Source: Balanoglossus misakiensis
Lineage: Eukaryota > Animalia > Hemichordata
DNA length: 64,000 nt
Assembly (NCBI GenBank): GCA_040954595.2
Contig: CM082577.2
Coordinates: forward strand, 12,653,803 to 12,717,802
Reading direction: 5' to 3'
The translations under genes and the position numbers were made by a program. The notes under the pieces are model-generated. The model ran no database searches. It was not told the origin of the DNA and saw only the letters and a list, made by a program, of their open reading frames with translations. Positions 12,478-25,289 of this stretch are shown in pieces. Position 1 is the first letter of the stretch. Each line of letters starts with the position of its first letter.

Positions 12478-14943
12478 TATGTATGTATGTATGTATGTAT
12501 GTATGTATGTATGTATGTATGTATGTATGTATGTATGTATGTATGTATGTATGTATGTATGTATGTATGTATGTATGTATGTATGTATGTATGTATGTAT
12601 GTATGTATGTATGTATGTATGTATGTATGTATGTATGTATGTATGTATGTATGTATGTATGTATGTATGTATGTATGTATGTATGTATGTATGTATGTAT
12701 GTATGTATGTATGTATGTATGTATGTATGTATGTATGTATGTATGTATGTATGTATGTATGTATGTATGTATGTATGTATGTATGTATGTATGTATGTAT
12801 GTATGTATGTATGTATGTATGTATGTATGTATGTATGTATGTATGTATGTATGTATGTATGTATGTATGTATGTATGTATGTATGTATGTATGTATGTAT
12901 GTATGTATGTATGTATGTATGTATGTATGTATGTATGTATGTATGTATGTATGTATGTATGTATGTATGTATGTATGTATGTATGTATGTATGTATGTAT
13001 GTATGTATGTATGTATGTATGTATGTATGTATGTATGTATGTATGTATGTATGTATGTATGTATGTATGTATGTATGTATGTATGTATGTATGTATGTAT
13101 GTATGTATGTATGTATGTATGTATGTATGTATGTATGTATGTATGTATGTATGTATGTATGTATGTATGTATGTATGTATGTATGTATGTATGTATGTAT
13201 GTATGTATGTATGTATGTATGTATGTATGTATGTATGTATGTATGTATGTATGTATGTATGTATGTATGTATGTATGTATGTATGTATGTATGTATGTAT
13301 GTATGTATGTATGTATGTATGTATGTATGTATGTATGTATGTATGTATGTATGTATGTATGTATGTATGTATGTATGTATGTATGTATGTATGTATGTAT
13401 GTATGTATGTATGTATGTATGTATGTATGTATGTATGTATGTATGTATGTATGTATGTATGTATGTATGTATGTATGTATGTATGTATGTATGTATGTAT
13501 GTATGTATGTATGTATGTATGTATGTATGTATGTATGTATGTATGTATGTATGTATGTATGTATGTATGTATGTATGTATGTATGTATGTATGTATGTAT
13601 GTATGTATGTATGTATGTATGTATGTATGTATGTATGTATGTATGTATGTATGTATGTATGTATGTATGTATGTATGTATGTATGTATGTATGTATGTAT
13701 GTATGTATGTATGTATGTATGTATGTATGTATGTATGTATGTATGTATGTATGTATGTATGTATGTATGTATGTATGTATGTATGTATGTATGTATGTAT
13801 GTATGTATGTATGTATGTATGTATGTATGTATGTATGTATGTATGTATGTATGTATGTATGTATGTATGTATGTATGTATGTATGTATGTATGTATGTAT
13901 GTATGTATGTATGTATGTATGTATGTATGTATGTATGTATGTATGTATGTATGTATGTATGTATGTATGTATGTATGTATGTATGTATGTATGTATGTAT
14001 GTATGTATGTATGTATGTATGTATGTATGTATGTATGTATGTATGTATGTATGTATGTATGTATGTATGTATGTATGTATGTATGTATGTATGTATGTAT
14101 GTATGTATGTATGTATGTATGTATGTATGTATGTATGTATGTATGTATGTATGTATGTATGTATGTATGTATGTATGTATGTATGTATGTATGTATGTAT
14201 GTATGTATGTATGTATGTATGTATGTATGTATGTATGTATGTATGTATGTATGTATGTATGTATGTATGTATGTATGTATGTATGTATGTATGTATGTAT
14301 GTATGTATGTATGTATGTATGTATGTATGTATGTATGTATGTATGTATGTATGTATGTATGTATGTATGTATGTATGTATGTATGTATGTATGTATGTAT
14401 GTATGTATGTATGTATGTATGTATGTATGTATGTATGTATGTATGTATGTATGTATGTATGTATGTATGTATGTATGTATGTATGTATGTATGTATGTAT
14501 GTATGTATGTATGTATGTATGTATGTATGTATGTATGTATGTATGTATGTATGTATGTATGTATGTATGTATGTATGTATGTATGTATGTATGTATGTAT
14601 GTATGTATGTATGTATGTATGTATGTATGTATGTATGTATGTATGTATGTATGTATGTATGTATGTATGTATGTATGTATGTATGTATGTATGTATGTAT
14701 GTATGTATGTATGTATGTATGTATGTATGTATGTATGTATGTATGTATGTATGTATGTATGTATGTATGTATGTATGTATGTATGTATGTATGTATGTAT
14801 GTATGTATGTATGTATGTATGTATGTATGTATGTATGTATGTATGTATGTATGTATGTATGTATGTATGTATGTATGTATGTATGTATGTATGTATGTAT
14901 GTATGTATGTATGTATGTATGTATGTATGTATGTATGTATGTA
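12478..14943 (+). repeat. (TATG)n array, ~2.47 kb, apparently perfect
   Basis: Direct reading. Confidence 0.99.
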
Positions 14944-15038
14944 CGAAGTATGCGGTTCGACTGGTCCGATCCAAAGTGCTCAATACAAGAGTAGAGCGGA
15001 GTATAAAGAAAGGTAGTAGGAGAAACGGAAGGCGGTAA

Positions 15039-15089
15039 AATCTCTACAGCGCTGTTTCGTGAGTTACTAGACTCACTCATCAGGGGATC
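15039..15089 (-). ncRNA. Minimal type I hammerhead ribozyme
   Basis: Same as 9383-9433. Confidence 0.85.
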
Positions 15090-18049
15090 AAACTGGCGAA
15101 AATGCAAGGGGGAAGGCGCGTTTTTATGCAGGTACACAGGTGGTGGAATGTAAGTTGGGGTGGGCCGTTTTGCATAACAATGTGTATAGCTTGTGTGTGG
15201 GGAGTACCTAGATTTAATTGTTGCGTAACAATGCTTTGTGTCTGTGTCAGCAAGAGGACACAAGTTCGTTTCTTTTATTGAGTGTGGAAATTTCTGGGTT
15301 ACGAATGATAATAAATTTCTCTGTTAAGCAGAGGTTGCACCGTTTGGTTGCGCTGTTGTATGGCTTGGCTTTGGCTAAAATTTTCCATGAAATAGTGTGG
15401 GCGATGTCGTTGTCCTTCAGAGTCCAAATGTGTTTGCTCAGTTCGGTGGAGTTCCTGGAGCGTGCGAGTCGGAAAGATGAAGTGTGGTTTCTGTATCTTG
15501 TTTTAAAGTCGTTCTCGGTTAGTCCGACGTATGTGTCCGAGGTGTTGTTGTCTGTGCGGGTAACTGTGGCCTGGTAGATGACGGAGTTTTGGAGGCAGTT
15601 ACCGTCGAGCGGGCATTTGTCCTTTTGTCGGCAGTTGCAAGTCTTGGTGTTGTCGGTCTCGTCTGTGTTGTTGTCGTGCGATTTCAAGATGCGTTTGTTG
15701 TGGTTGTCGATGATCTGCTTCGTATTGTTCATACAGCTGTAGCTAATTTTCATCGTGTTCCTGTTGAATATTTTCCTGAGTTTGTTGTCTTGCGGGAAGC
15801 ATTTGTCTATGAGAAGGAGGAATTTCTGTCCGATGTTGGTGCTGACGTTTTTGCTGAATGGGGGGTTGTACCAGATGATGTTGTTTCTTTGTCTGTTTCT
15901 TCTTTTATTCGCGGTGGTTGTTGGTTCATAGCGTAAAGTGTATTGGTATCCGCTGGCGTCGAGTGCTTTTTGGTATGGCGGGGTAGCTTGGTCGAATGAG
16001 GCCTGGTCGGATGATAGCTGGGAGAGTCGTTTGTTGATTCCGGCTGGTATGTTCTTGGTGATGCTGGTGGGGTGGTTGCTTTCGCGGTGGACATATTGGA
16101 GTGTTGTGTTGGGCTTTGTGTAGGGTTGGTACGTGTTTCTGGCCAGGTTGAATGTGACGTCGAGGAAGTTGATGACTTGTTTGTTAGCTTCGATGGTGAT
16201 TTTGAGACCGTTGATTTTGAATATTCGGCAGATTTCTTTTTTTATGTTTTCTGTGGATCTCGGGGTGGCGTCTGTGATGGCTAGTCCGTCGTCTCTGTAT
16301 AGTCCGATGTTGTTGCCGAATTTATTCTGTGGCTGGGAGAGGAGGAAGCTGCCTACCAGTTCGCATGTTTCTGCACCGTCGAAACTGCCCATGGTGACAT
16401 CGAATGTCGTAGGCGGAGGCGAAGTCAAGTGCTTTGTTGAGGAGGTTTTCGCTGATGGAGGGGTAGAATTCCTCGATGTCGAAGCAGATAAAGTTGCATT
16501 TTTCCTTGTTTTTGATGAGTTTGAACCATTCGACTACAGCTGATGTGTTTTTCCATTGGTTGACTGCGGTGGATGCTGTGATTTTCTTATTTATACGGTC
16601 GAGGATTTCTTTGCTGATTTTGCCTATTTCTGATTTGGTCGGGTTGATCAATCTGCAGGTGGGTTTGTTGGCAAAATTCGGTTTGTGGTCTTTCAGGGTT
16701 ATGAATGCGTCTTTGTTGGCCGTGATGTCTATTCTGTCGCCGATGTCAAGTTTCATTGCGATGTGTTTGTTAAAGCTAAAAGATGACGCCCAACGTATCA
16801 AGAAAGAAACCAAACTACTTATCGCCGCAGACAAAACCACAAACTTCTACAAGCTAGACCCCCCGACTTACAACGACCTGTTAGAACGCAACATTACCAA
16901 ATCATACAAAAAGCCCACCCCGCTACTACCCAAGCAATCCACGACGAAAACACCATCGAAGCTAACAAACAAGTCATCAACTTCCTCGACGTCACATTCA
17001 ACCTGACCAGAAACACGTACCAACCCTACACAAAGCCCAACACAACACTCCAATATGTCCACCGCGAAAGCAACCACCCCACCAGCATCACCAAGAACAT
17101 ACCAGCCGGAATCAACAAACGACTCTCCCAGCTATCATCCGACAAGGCCTCATTCGACCAAGCCGCCCCGCCATACCAAAAAGCACTCGACGCCAGCGGA
17201 TACCAATACACTTTACGCTATGAACCAACAACCACCGCGAATAAAAGAAGAAACAGACAAAGAAACAACATCATCTGGTACAACCCCCCATTCAGCAAAA
17301 ACGTCAGCACCAACATCGGACAGAAATTCCTCCTTCTCATAGACAAATGCTTCCCGCAAGACAACAAACTCAGGAAAATATTCAACAGGAACACGATGAA
17401 AATTAGCTACAGCTGTATGAACAATACGAAGCAGATCATCGACAACCACAACAAACGCATCTTGAAATCGCACGACAACAACACAGACGAGACCGACAAC
17501 ACCAAGACTTGCAACTGCCGACAAAAGGACAAATGCCCGCTCGACGGTAACTGCCTCCAAAACTCCGTCATCTACCAGGCCACAGTTACCCGCACAGACA
17601 ACAACACCTCGGACACATACGTCGGACTAACCGAGAACGACTTTAAAACAAGATACAGAAACCACACTTCATCTTTCCGACTCGCACGCTCCAGGAACTC
17701 AGCAAACACATTTGGACTCTGAAGGACAACGACATCGCCCACACTATTTCATGGAAAATTTTATCCAAAGCCAAGCCATACAACAGCGCAACCAAACGGT
17801 GCAACCTCTGCTTAACAGAGAAATTTATTATCATTCGTAACCCAGAAATTTCCACACTCAATAAAAGAAACGAACTTGTGTCCTCTTGCTGACACAGACA
17901 CAAAGCATTGTTACGCAACAATTAAATCTAGGTACTCCCCACACACAAGCTATACACATTGTTATGCAAAACGGCCCACCCCAACTTACATTCCACCACC
18001 TGTGTACCTGCATAAAAACGCGCCTTCCCCCTTGCATTTTCGCCAGTTT

Positions 18050-18100
18050 GATCCCCTGATGAGTGAGTCTAGTAACTCACGAAACAGCGCTGTAGAGATT
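18050..18100 (+). ncRNA. Minimal type I hammerhead ribozyme
   Basis: Same as 12394-12444. Confidence 0.85.
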
Positions 18101-18133
18101 TTACCGCCTTCCGTTTCTCCTACTACCCTTCTT

Positions 18134-19555
18134 TATGTATGTATGTATGTATGTATGTATGTATGTATGTATGTATGTATGTATGTATGTATGTATGTAT
18201 GTATGTATGTATGTATGTATGTATGTATGTATGTATGTATGTATGTATGTATGTATGTATGTATGTATGTATGTATGTATGTATGTATGTATGTATGTAT
18301 GTATGTATGTATGTATGTATGTATGTATGTATGTATGTATGTATGTATGTATGTATGTATGTATGTATGTATGTATGTATGTATGTATGTATGTATGTAT
18401 GTATGTATGTATGTATGTATGTATGTATGTATGTATGTATGTATGTATGTATGTATGTATGTATGTATGTATGTATGTATGTATGTATGTATGTATGTAT
18501 GTATGTATGTATGTATGTATGTATGTATGTATGTATGTATGTATGTATGTATGTATGTATGTATGTATGTATGTATGTATGTATGTATGTATGTATGTAT
18601 GTATGTATGTATGTATGTATGTATGTATGTATGTATGTATGTATGTATGTATGTATGTATGTATGTATGTATGTATGTATGTATGTATGTATGTATGTAT
18701 GTATGTATGTATGTATGTATGTATGTATGTATGTATGTATGTATGTATGTATGTATGTATGTATGTATGTATGTATGTATGTATGTATGTATGTATGTAT
18801 GTATGTATGTATGTATGTATGTATGTATGTATGTATGTATGTATGTATGTATGTATGTATGTATGTATGTATGTATGTATGTATGTATGTATGTATGTAT
18901 GTATGTATGTATGTATGTATGTATGTATGTATGTATGTATGTATGTATGTATGTATGTATGTATGTATGTATGTATGTATGTATGTATGTATGTATGTAT
19001 GTATGTATGTATGTATGTATGTATGTATGTATGTATGTATGTATGTATGTATGTATGTATGTATGTATGTATGTATGTATGTATGTATGTATGTATGTAT
19101 GTATGTATGTATGTATGTATGTATGTATGTATGTATGTATGTATGTATGTATGTATGTATGTATGTATGTATGTATGTATGTATGTATGTATGTATGTAT
19201 GTATGTATGTATGTATGTATGTATGTATGTATGTATGTATGTATGTATGTATGTATGTATGTATGTATGTATGTATGTATGTATGTATGTATGTATGTAT
19301 GTATGTATGTATGTATGTATGTATGTATGTATGTATGTATGTATGTATGTATGTATGTATGTATGTATGTATGTATGTATGTATGTATGTATGTATGTAT
19401 GTATGTATGTATGTATGTATGTATGTATGTATGTATGTATGTATGTATGTATGTATGTATGTATGTATGTATGTATGTATGTATGTATGTATGTATGTAT
19501 GTATGTATGTATGTATGTATGTATGTATGTATGTATGTATGTATGTATGTATGTA
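18134..19555 (+). repeat. (TATG)n array, ~1.42 kb, apparently perfect
   Basis: Direct reading. Confidence 0.99.
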
Positions 19556-19650
19556 CGAAGTATGCGGTTCGACTGGTCCGATCCAAAGTGCTCAATACAA
19601 GAGTAGAGCGGAGTATAAAGAAAGGTAGTAGGAGAAACGGAAGGCGGTAA

Positions 19651-19701
19651 AATCTCTACAGCGCTGTTTCGTGAGTTACTAGACTCACTCATCAGGGGAT
19701 C
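19651..19701 (-). ncRNA. Minimal type I hammerhead ribozyme
   Basis: Same core as the other copies. Confidence 0.85.
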
Positions 19702-22653
19702 AAACTGGCGAAAATGCAAGGGGAAGGCGCGTTTTATGCAGGTACACAGGTGGTGGAATGTAAGTTGGGGTGGGCGCCGTTTTGCATAACAATGTGTATA
19801 GCTTGTGTGTGGGGAGTACCTAGATTTAATTGTTGCGTAACAATGCTTTGTGTCTGTGTCAGCAAGAGGACACAAGTTCGTTTCTTTTATTGAGTGTGGA
19901 AATTTCTGGGTTACGAATGATAATAAATTTCTCTGTTAAGCAGAGGTTGCACCGTTTGGTTGCGCTGTTGTATGGCTTGGCTTTGGCTAAAATTTTCCAT
20001 GAAATAGTGTGGGCGATGTCGTTGTCCTTCAGAGTCCAAATGTGTTTGCTCAGTTCGGTGGAGTTCCTGGAGCGTGCGAGTCGGAAAGATGAAGTGTGGT
20101 TTCTGTATCTTGTTTTAAAGTCGTTCTCGGTTAGTCCGACGTATGTGTCCGAGGTGTTGTTGTCTGTGCGGGTAACTGTGGCCTGGTAGATGACGGAGTT
20201 TTGGAGGCAGTTACCGTCGAGCGGGCATTTGTCCTTTTGTCGGCAGTTGCAAGTCTTGGTGTTGTCGGTCTCGTCTGTGTTGTTGTCGTGCGATTTCAAG
20301 ATGCGTTTGTTGTGGTTGTCGATGATCTGCTTCGTATTGTTCATACAGCTGTAGCTAATTTTCATCGTGTTCCTGTTGAATATTTTCCTGAGTTTGTTGT
20401 CTTGCGGGAAGCATTTGTCTATGAGAAGGAGGAATTTCTGTCCGATGTTGGTGCTGACGTTTTTGCTGAATGGGGGGTTGTACCAGATGATGTTGTTTCT
20501 TTGTCTGTTTCTTCTTTTATTCGCGGTGGTTGTTGGTTCATAGCGTAAAGTGTATTGGTATCCGCTGGCGTCGAGTGCTTTTTGGTATGGCGGGGTAGCT
20601 TGGTCGAATGAGGCCTGGTCGGATGATAGCTGGGAGAGTCGTTTGTTGATTCCGGCTGGTATGTTCTTGGTGATGCTGGTGGGGTGGTTGCTTTCGCGGT
20701 GGACATATTGGAGTGTTGTGTTGGTAGGGTTGGTATGTGTTTCTGGCCAGGTTGAATGTGACGTCGAGGAAGTTGATGACTTGTTTGTTAGCTTCGATGG
20801 TGATTTTGAGACCGTTGATTTTGAATATTCGGCAGATTTCTTTTTTTATGTTTTCTGTGGATCTCGGGGTGGCGTCTGTGATGGCTAGTCCGTCGTCTCT
20901 GTATAGTCCGATGTTGTTGCCGAATTTATTCTGTGGCTGGGAGAGGAGGAAGCTGCCTACCAGTTCGCATGTTTCTGCACCGTCGAAACTGCCCATGGTG
21001 ACATCGAATGTCGTAGGCGGAGGCGAAGTCAAGTGCTTTGTTGAGGAGGTTTTCGCTGATGGAGGGGTAGAATTCCTCGATGTCGAAGCAGATAAAGTTG
21101 CATTTTTCCTTGTTTTTGATGAGTTTGAACCATTCGACTACAGCTGATGTGTTTTTCCATTGGTTGACTGCGGTGGATGCTGTGATTTTCTTATTTATAC
21201 GGTCGAGGATTTCTTTGCTGATTTTGCCTATTTCTGATTTGGTCGGGTTGATCAATCTGCAGGTGGGTTTGTTGGCAAAATTCGGTTTGTGGTCTTTCAG
21301 GGTTATGAATGCGTCTTTGTTGGCCGTGATGTCTATTCTGTCGCCGATGTCAAGTTTCATTGCGATGTGTTTGTTAAAGCTAAAAGATGACGCCCAACGT
21401 ATCAAGAAAGAAACCAAACTACTTATCGCCGCAGACAAAACCACAAACTTCTACAAGCTAGACCCCCCGACTTACAACGACCTGTTAGAACGCAACATTA
21501 CCAAATCATACAAAAAGCCCACCCCGCTACTACCCAAGCAATCCACGACGAAAACACCATCGAAGCTAACAAACAAGTCATCAACTTCCTCGACGTCACA
21601 TTCAACCTGACCAGAAACACGTACCAACCCTACACAAAGCCCAACACAACACTCCAATATGTCCACCGCGAAAGCAACCACCCCACCAGCATCACCAAGA
21701 ACATACCAGCCGGAATCAACAAACGACTCTCCCAGCTATCATCCGACAAGGCCTCATTCGACCAAGCCGCCCCGCCATACCAAAAAGCACTCGACGCCAG
21801 CGGATACCAATACACTTTACGCTATGAACCAACAACCACCGCGAATAAAAGAAGAAACAGACAAAGAAACAACATCATCTGGTACAACCCCCCATTCAGC
21901 AAAAACGTCAGCACCAACATCGGACAGAAATTCCTCCTTCTCATAGACAAATGCTTCCCGCAAGACAACAAACTCAGGAAAATATTCAACAGGAACACGA
22001 TGAAAATTAGCTACAGCTGTATGAACAATACGAAGCAGATCATCGACAACCACAACAAACGCATCTTGAAATCGCACGACAACAACACAGACGAGACCGA
22101 CAACACCAAGACTTGCAACTGCCGACAAAAGGACAAATGCCCGCTCGACGGTAACTGCCTCCAAAACTCCGTCATCTACCAGGCCACAGTTACCCGCACA
22201 GACAACAACACCTCGGACACATACGTCGGACTAACCGAGAACGACTTTAAAACAAGATACAGAAACCACACTTCATCTTTCCGACTCGCACGCTCCAGGA
22301 ACTCAGCAAACACATTTGGACTCTGAAGGACAACGACATCGCCCACACTATTTCATGGAAAATTTTATCCAAAGCCAAGCCATACAACAGCGCAACCAAA
22401 CGGTGCAACCTCTGCTTAACAGAGAAATTTATTATCATTCGTAACCCAGAAATTTCCACACTCAATAAAAGAAACGAACTTGTGTCCTCTTGCTGACACA
22501 GACACAAAGCATTGTTACGCAACAATTAAATCTAGGTACTCCCCACACACAAGCTATACACATTGTTATGCAAAACGGCCCACCCCAACTTACATTCCAC
22601 CACCTGTGTACCTGCATAAAAACGCGCCTTCCCCCTTGCATTTTCGCCAGTTT

Positions 22654-22704
22654 GATCCCCTGATGAGTGAGTCTAGTAACTCACGAAACAGCGCTGTAGA
22701 GATT
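22654..22704 (+). ncRNA. Minimal type I hammerhead ribozyme
   Basis: Same core as the other copies. Confidence 0.85.
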
Positions 22705-22737
22705 TTACCGCCTTCCGTTTCTCCTACTACCCTTCTT

Positions 22738-22918
22738 TATGTATGTATGTATGTATGTATGTATGTATGTATGTATGTATGTATGTATGTATGTATGTAT
22801 GTATGTATGTATGTATGTATGTATGTATGTATGTATGTATGTATGTATGTATGTATGTATGTATGTATGTATGTATGTATGTATGTATGTATGTATGTAT
22901 GTATGTATGTATGTATGT
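22738..22918 (+). repeat. (TATG)n array, ~180 bp, followed by degenerate (GGAT)n
   Basis: Direct reading. Confidence 0.97.
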
Positions 22919-23013
22919 TATATTTATGTACATACGTACCAATGGATGGATAAATGGATGGATGGAAATGGCATGTTGTAAGTTGATATGTTAAATATTT
23001 AGTGTATACTCAC

Positions 23014-23083
23014 ATGTCGCATAAGGCAATGCAGAGAAAAGTACGAGCAGTGTAATAGGACCAAATGAAGCCATCCTGTCCAT
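23014..23083 (-). CDS. Signal-peptide leader exon of the six-pentraxin gene (MDRMASFGPITLLVLFSALPYAT)
   Basis: Hydrophobic leader; phase-1 donor T|gtgagt joins GT GAG of the exon at 6715 in frame; paralogous to leader exon 29112-29172. Confidence 0.75.
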
Positions 23084-23140
23084 GAGTCTCCAACCGCAGG
23101 ATATGTTCACGACTACATACATTCAGGTGGCATGGGCCCG

Positions 23141-23146
23141 TTTATA
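23141..23146 (-). promoter_or_regulatory. Candidate TATA box (TATAAA) ~60 bp upstream of the leader ATG
   Basis: Position and consensus only. Confidence 0.4.
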
Positions 23147-25289
23147 AAGGTTACCGTCGAATTAAATTCGAACAGAAGAATATCAAGCTTTCCTATAACA
23201 TGCTACGTCAATAGACGAAAACAGTTTGCGGTCCGCTTTTTTGTAAAAAAAATATTGACAGTCCCCATAGAAGTAAAACGTAGGGGTTCGTCGATATTGT
23301 TTTATTAAATGTGTGGGATTGGGTAGGCAAAAACCCCTACTGTTTGTCGAGTCATCGATTTTTTTCGTGTTCTGCTCCAAAACCATGGGTGATGTTGGAT
23401 CAAGCAAATTGAAACTTCGCCAAGCGAAATTATAGTTATAGTTAGTAAATACCCCTTTCCAATCGCGTTCAACAGTTACTAAGGAAAAGGCTTATTAAAA
23501 TTTAATCAAGAGGAATAAATAGTGCTAATTTATTGCTTCTACGAAAAAATTGCCCCCTTTTTTCCAATGTACATATTTATCATCAGACTCCCATGTCAAC
23601 TGCCTTGAATAGTTGCACAAACTGTGTGAACCGTAAGCTGGTTGGCTCTGAAGTGTAAACGGAGGAGTCTATCAAATTGAGTATGAGCTACTACTTCCGT
23701 CCGTCAACCTACTTTCGTCCGTCAACCTGTCAAGAATTCATACCATTTTCTGGTAGGGGTGTGTAGCTTTATGTTTTGGGCGGTGGTGTGTAGCTTTGAG
23801 GTGTTGATGAAGAATTGGAACAGTGACAGAAATCGGAACGGATTAGCCAGCAGTGTTTTCGCTACCCGCGTGAGAAAAAGTTGTGTTTGGCGAGACGATT
23901 TTCATACAAATTAGTCAAACTTGCGAAGCACTGCTATCTACCATCGTCGTTTGTTTTGCCATGATCAACTTGCCATGATCAGTGCACTACAACACGTGAA
24001 AGTGGACCGCTGTTCTGTTCATTAATCATCACCCCCTCTATCATGAACATTGCAAGGCAATGCATTGAACTCAGCTCTTCCAGCTAGTGGCGGCACTCGC
24101 TTGATTTCCTGTGTGTGTCTCTGGGGACGCAAAGAATGCGTATGCGTCTTTTCCTAATTTGCATATTTTGAATGGGTTAGGTCTGCCTTGACTTGAACGC
24201 GTCAACTGTACAGGTTGTTATGGAAGTTTTTTTAGAACCACTAGTGTTAGTCTGTGGGTCCAACCAGCAAAAAAAGGTTCTAGAAATGTCATGATGTTGT
24301 ATAGGAGTTTGTTCTACATGAAATTAGCTGGAAATGACGGGTGGGAAACTATTGATGTGAAATCAGGTCATTTCTACCGAAAATGATGGACCAGAGAGCA
24401 ATGACTATTTTAATTTATTTCATATACTATGTTCACAAATGCTATGCTCCCATAAACTGGGAAACTAAATGATTGAACTTTCTGTTTGAACAATTCATGT
24501 TTTTTTTTTGCTAACACCTAACACTACTATAATCAGCACATGACAGTATATACTTGAAAATGGAGAACTTTTTATCAAAACACTTCAGCTGATCTTGAAT
24601 GCTGTGTGATATTTTTTTTTTCAAAATGTATTTCTTTCACTTTTAGACTAGTACTTCTACTTGCACTGTTTTTTTTTCAAAACACACTTCTCATAGCTTG
24701 CACTGGTGCAACTTGATATGACAATACACAGTGAATTCCATCAGTATAACAATCATAAGATACAAAATCTGAGCGGGAAATGACAGAAAATATTTGTGTG
24801 AGGCCATTTGTGTGTGCGGGCCATTTTTAAGATTAAATTTAAAACAGTTATTAGAGCCCTTGACAAGTGGTTTTCCCTCTGCCAAGCACCCACCTTATCA
24901 GGCTGCATTCAATATTACATGAGCAAAACAGTTCAGCATTTCACCTTGGTGTTTGCAAATTGTTCCTTTCACCAATATACTGTCGTGGAATCTCCACGAA
25001 TTAACGAACACAATATACTGAATGGACTTACTAATTTGCATCACTATGCATTTCCCACAATCCACTGTATCTGCTTGCCCTCTCCCTGATGAACACACAC
25101 ATAAGTGTTCAACCAAAGTTTAAGTTTCTTTTCCAGACTTATAAAGTGGAATGTAATTTCCCATTGTATATATACGTTTTTATGTTTTTATGGTATTCTC
25201 GCCAATAAATGAGAAGAAAAAACTATCCAAGTCTGCTACATATACCAAACCACTGTTCTCCAAACATGCTGCTCGTCATCCACTACACA

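Larger units (their letters stand above)
9288..12480. mobile_element. Penelope-like retroelement (Naiad-type), rearranged and defective, copy 1: minus-strand arm ~9288-11116 plus inverted plus-strand arm ~11117-12480
   Basis: RT motifs [32 protein letters not shown]; ADKT (DKG-region) motif; CNC-x5-CPL-x3-C linker; GIY-YIG-type VIY...YVG...KTRYRNH; hammerhead in 3' region; inverted pseudo-LTR layout. Confidence 0.92.
14944..18136. mobile_element. Penelope-like (Naiad-type) element copy 2, same structure as copy 1 (offset 5656)
   Basis: Internal ORF translations identical to copy 1. Confidence 0.92.
19556..22740. mobile_element. Penelope-like (Naiad-type) element copy 3, with an extra 8-bp deletion near 20723 and small indels near 19720-19780
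   Basis: Same junctions and lesions as copies 1-2; RT ORF additionally frameshifted. Confidence 0.92.

Noticed and set aside
9288-22740. Autonomous, active retrotransposon
   Set aside because: 5' truncation, RT deletion/frameshift and a premature stop in all copies; any activity must come from an intact copy elsewhere
6743-22994. Very long MYVC/HTYI-repeat ORFs
   Set aside because: Artefacts of a stop-free 4-bp repeat that is open in all frames; no coding evidence
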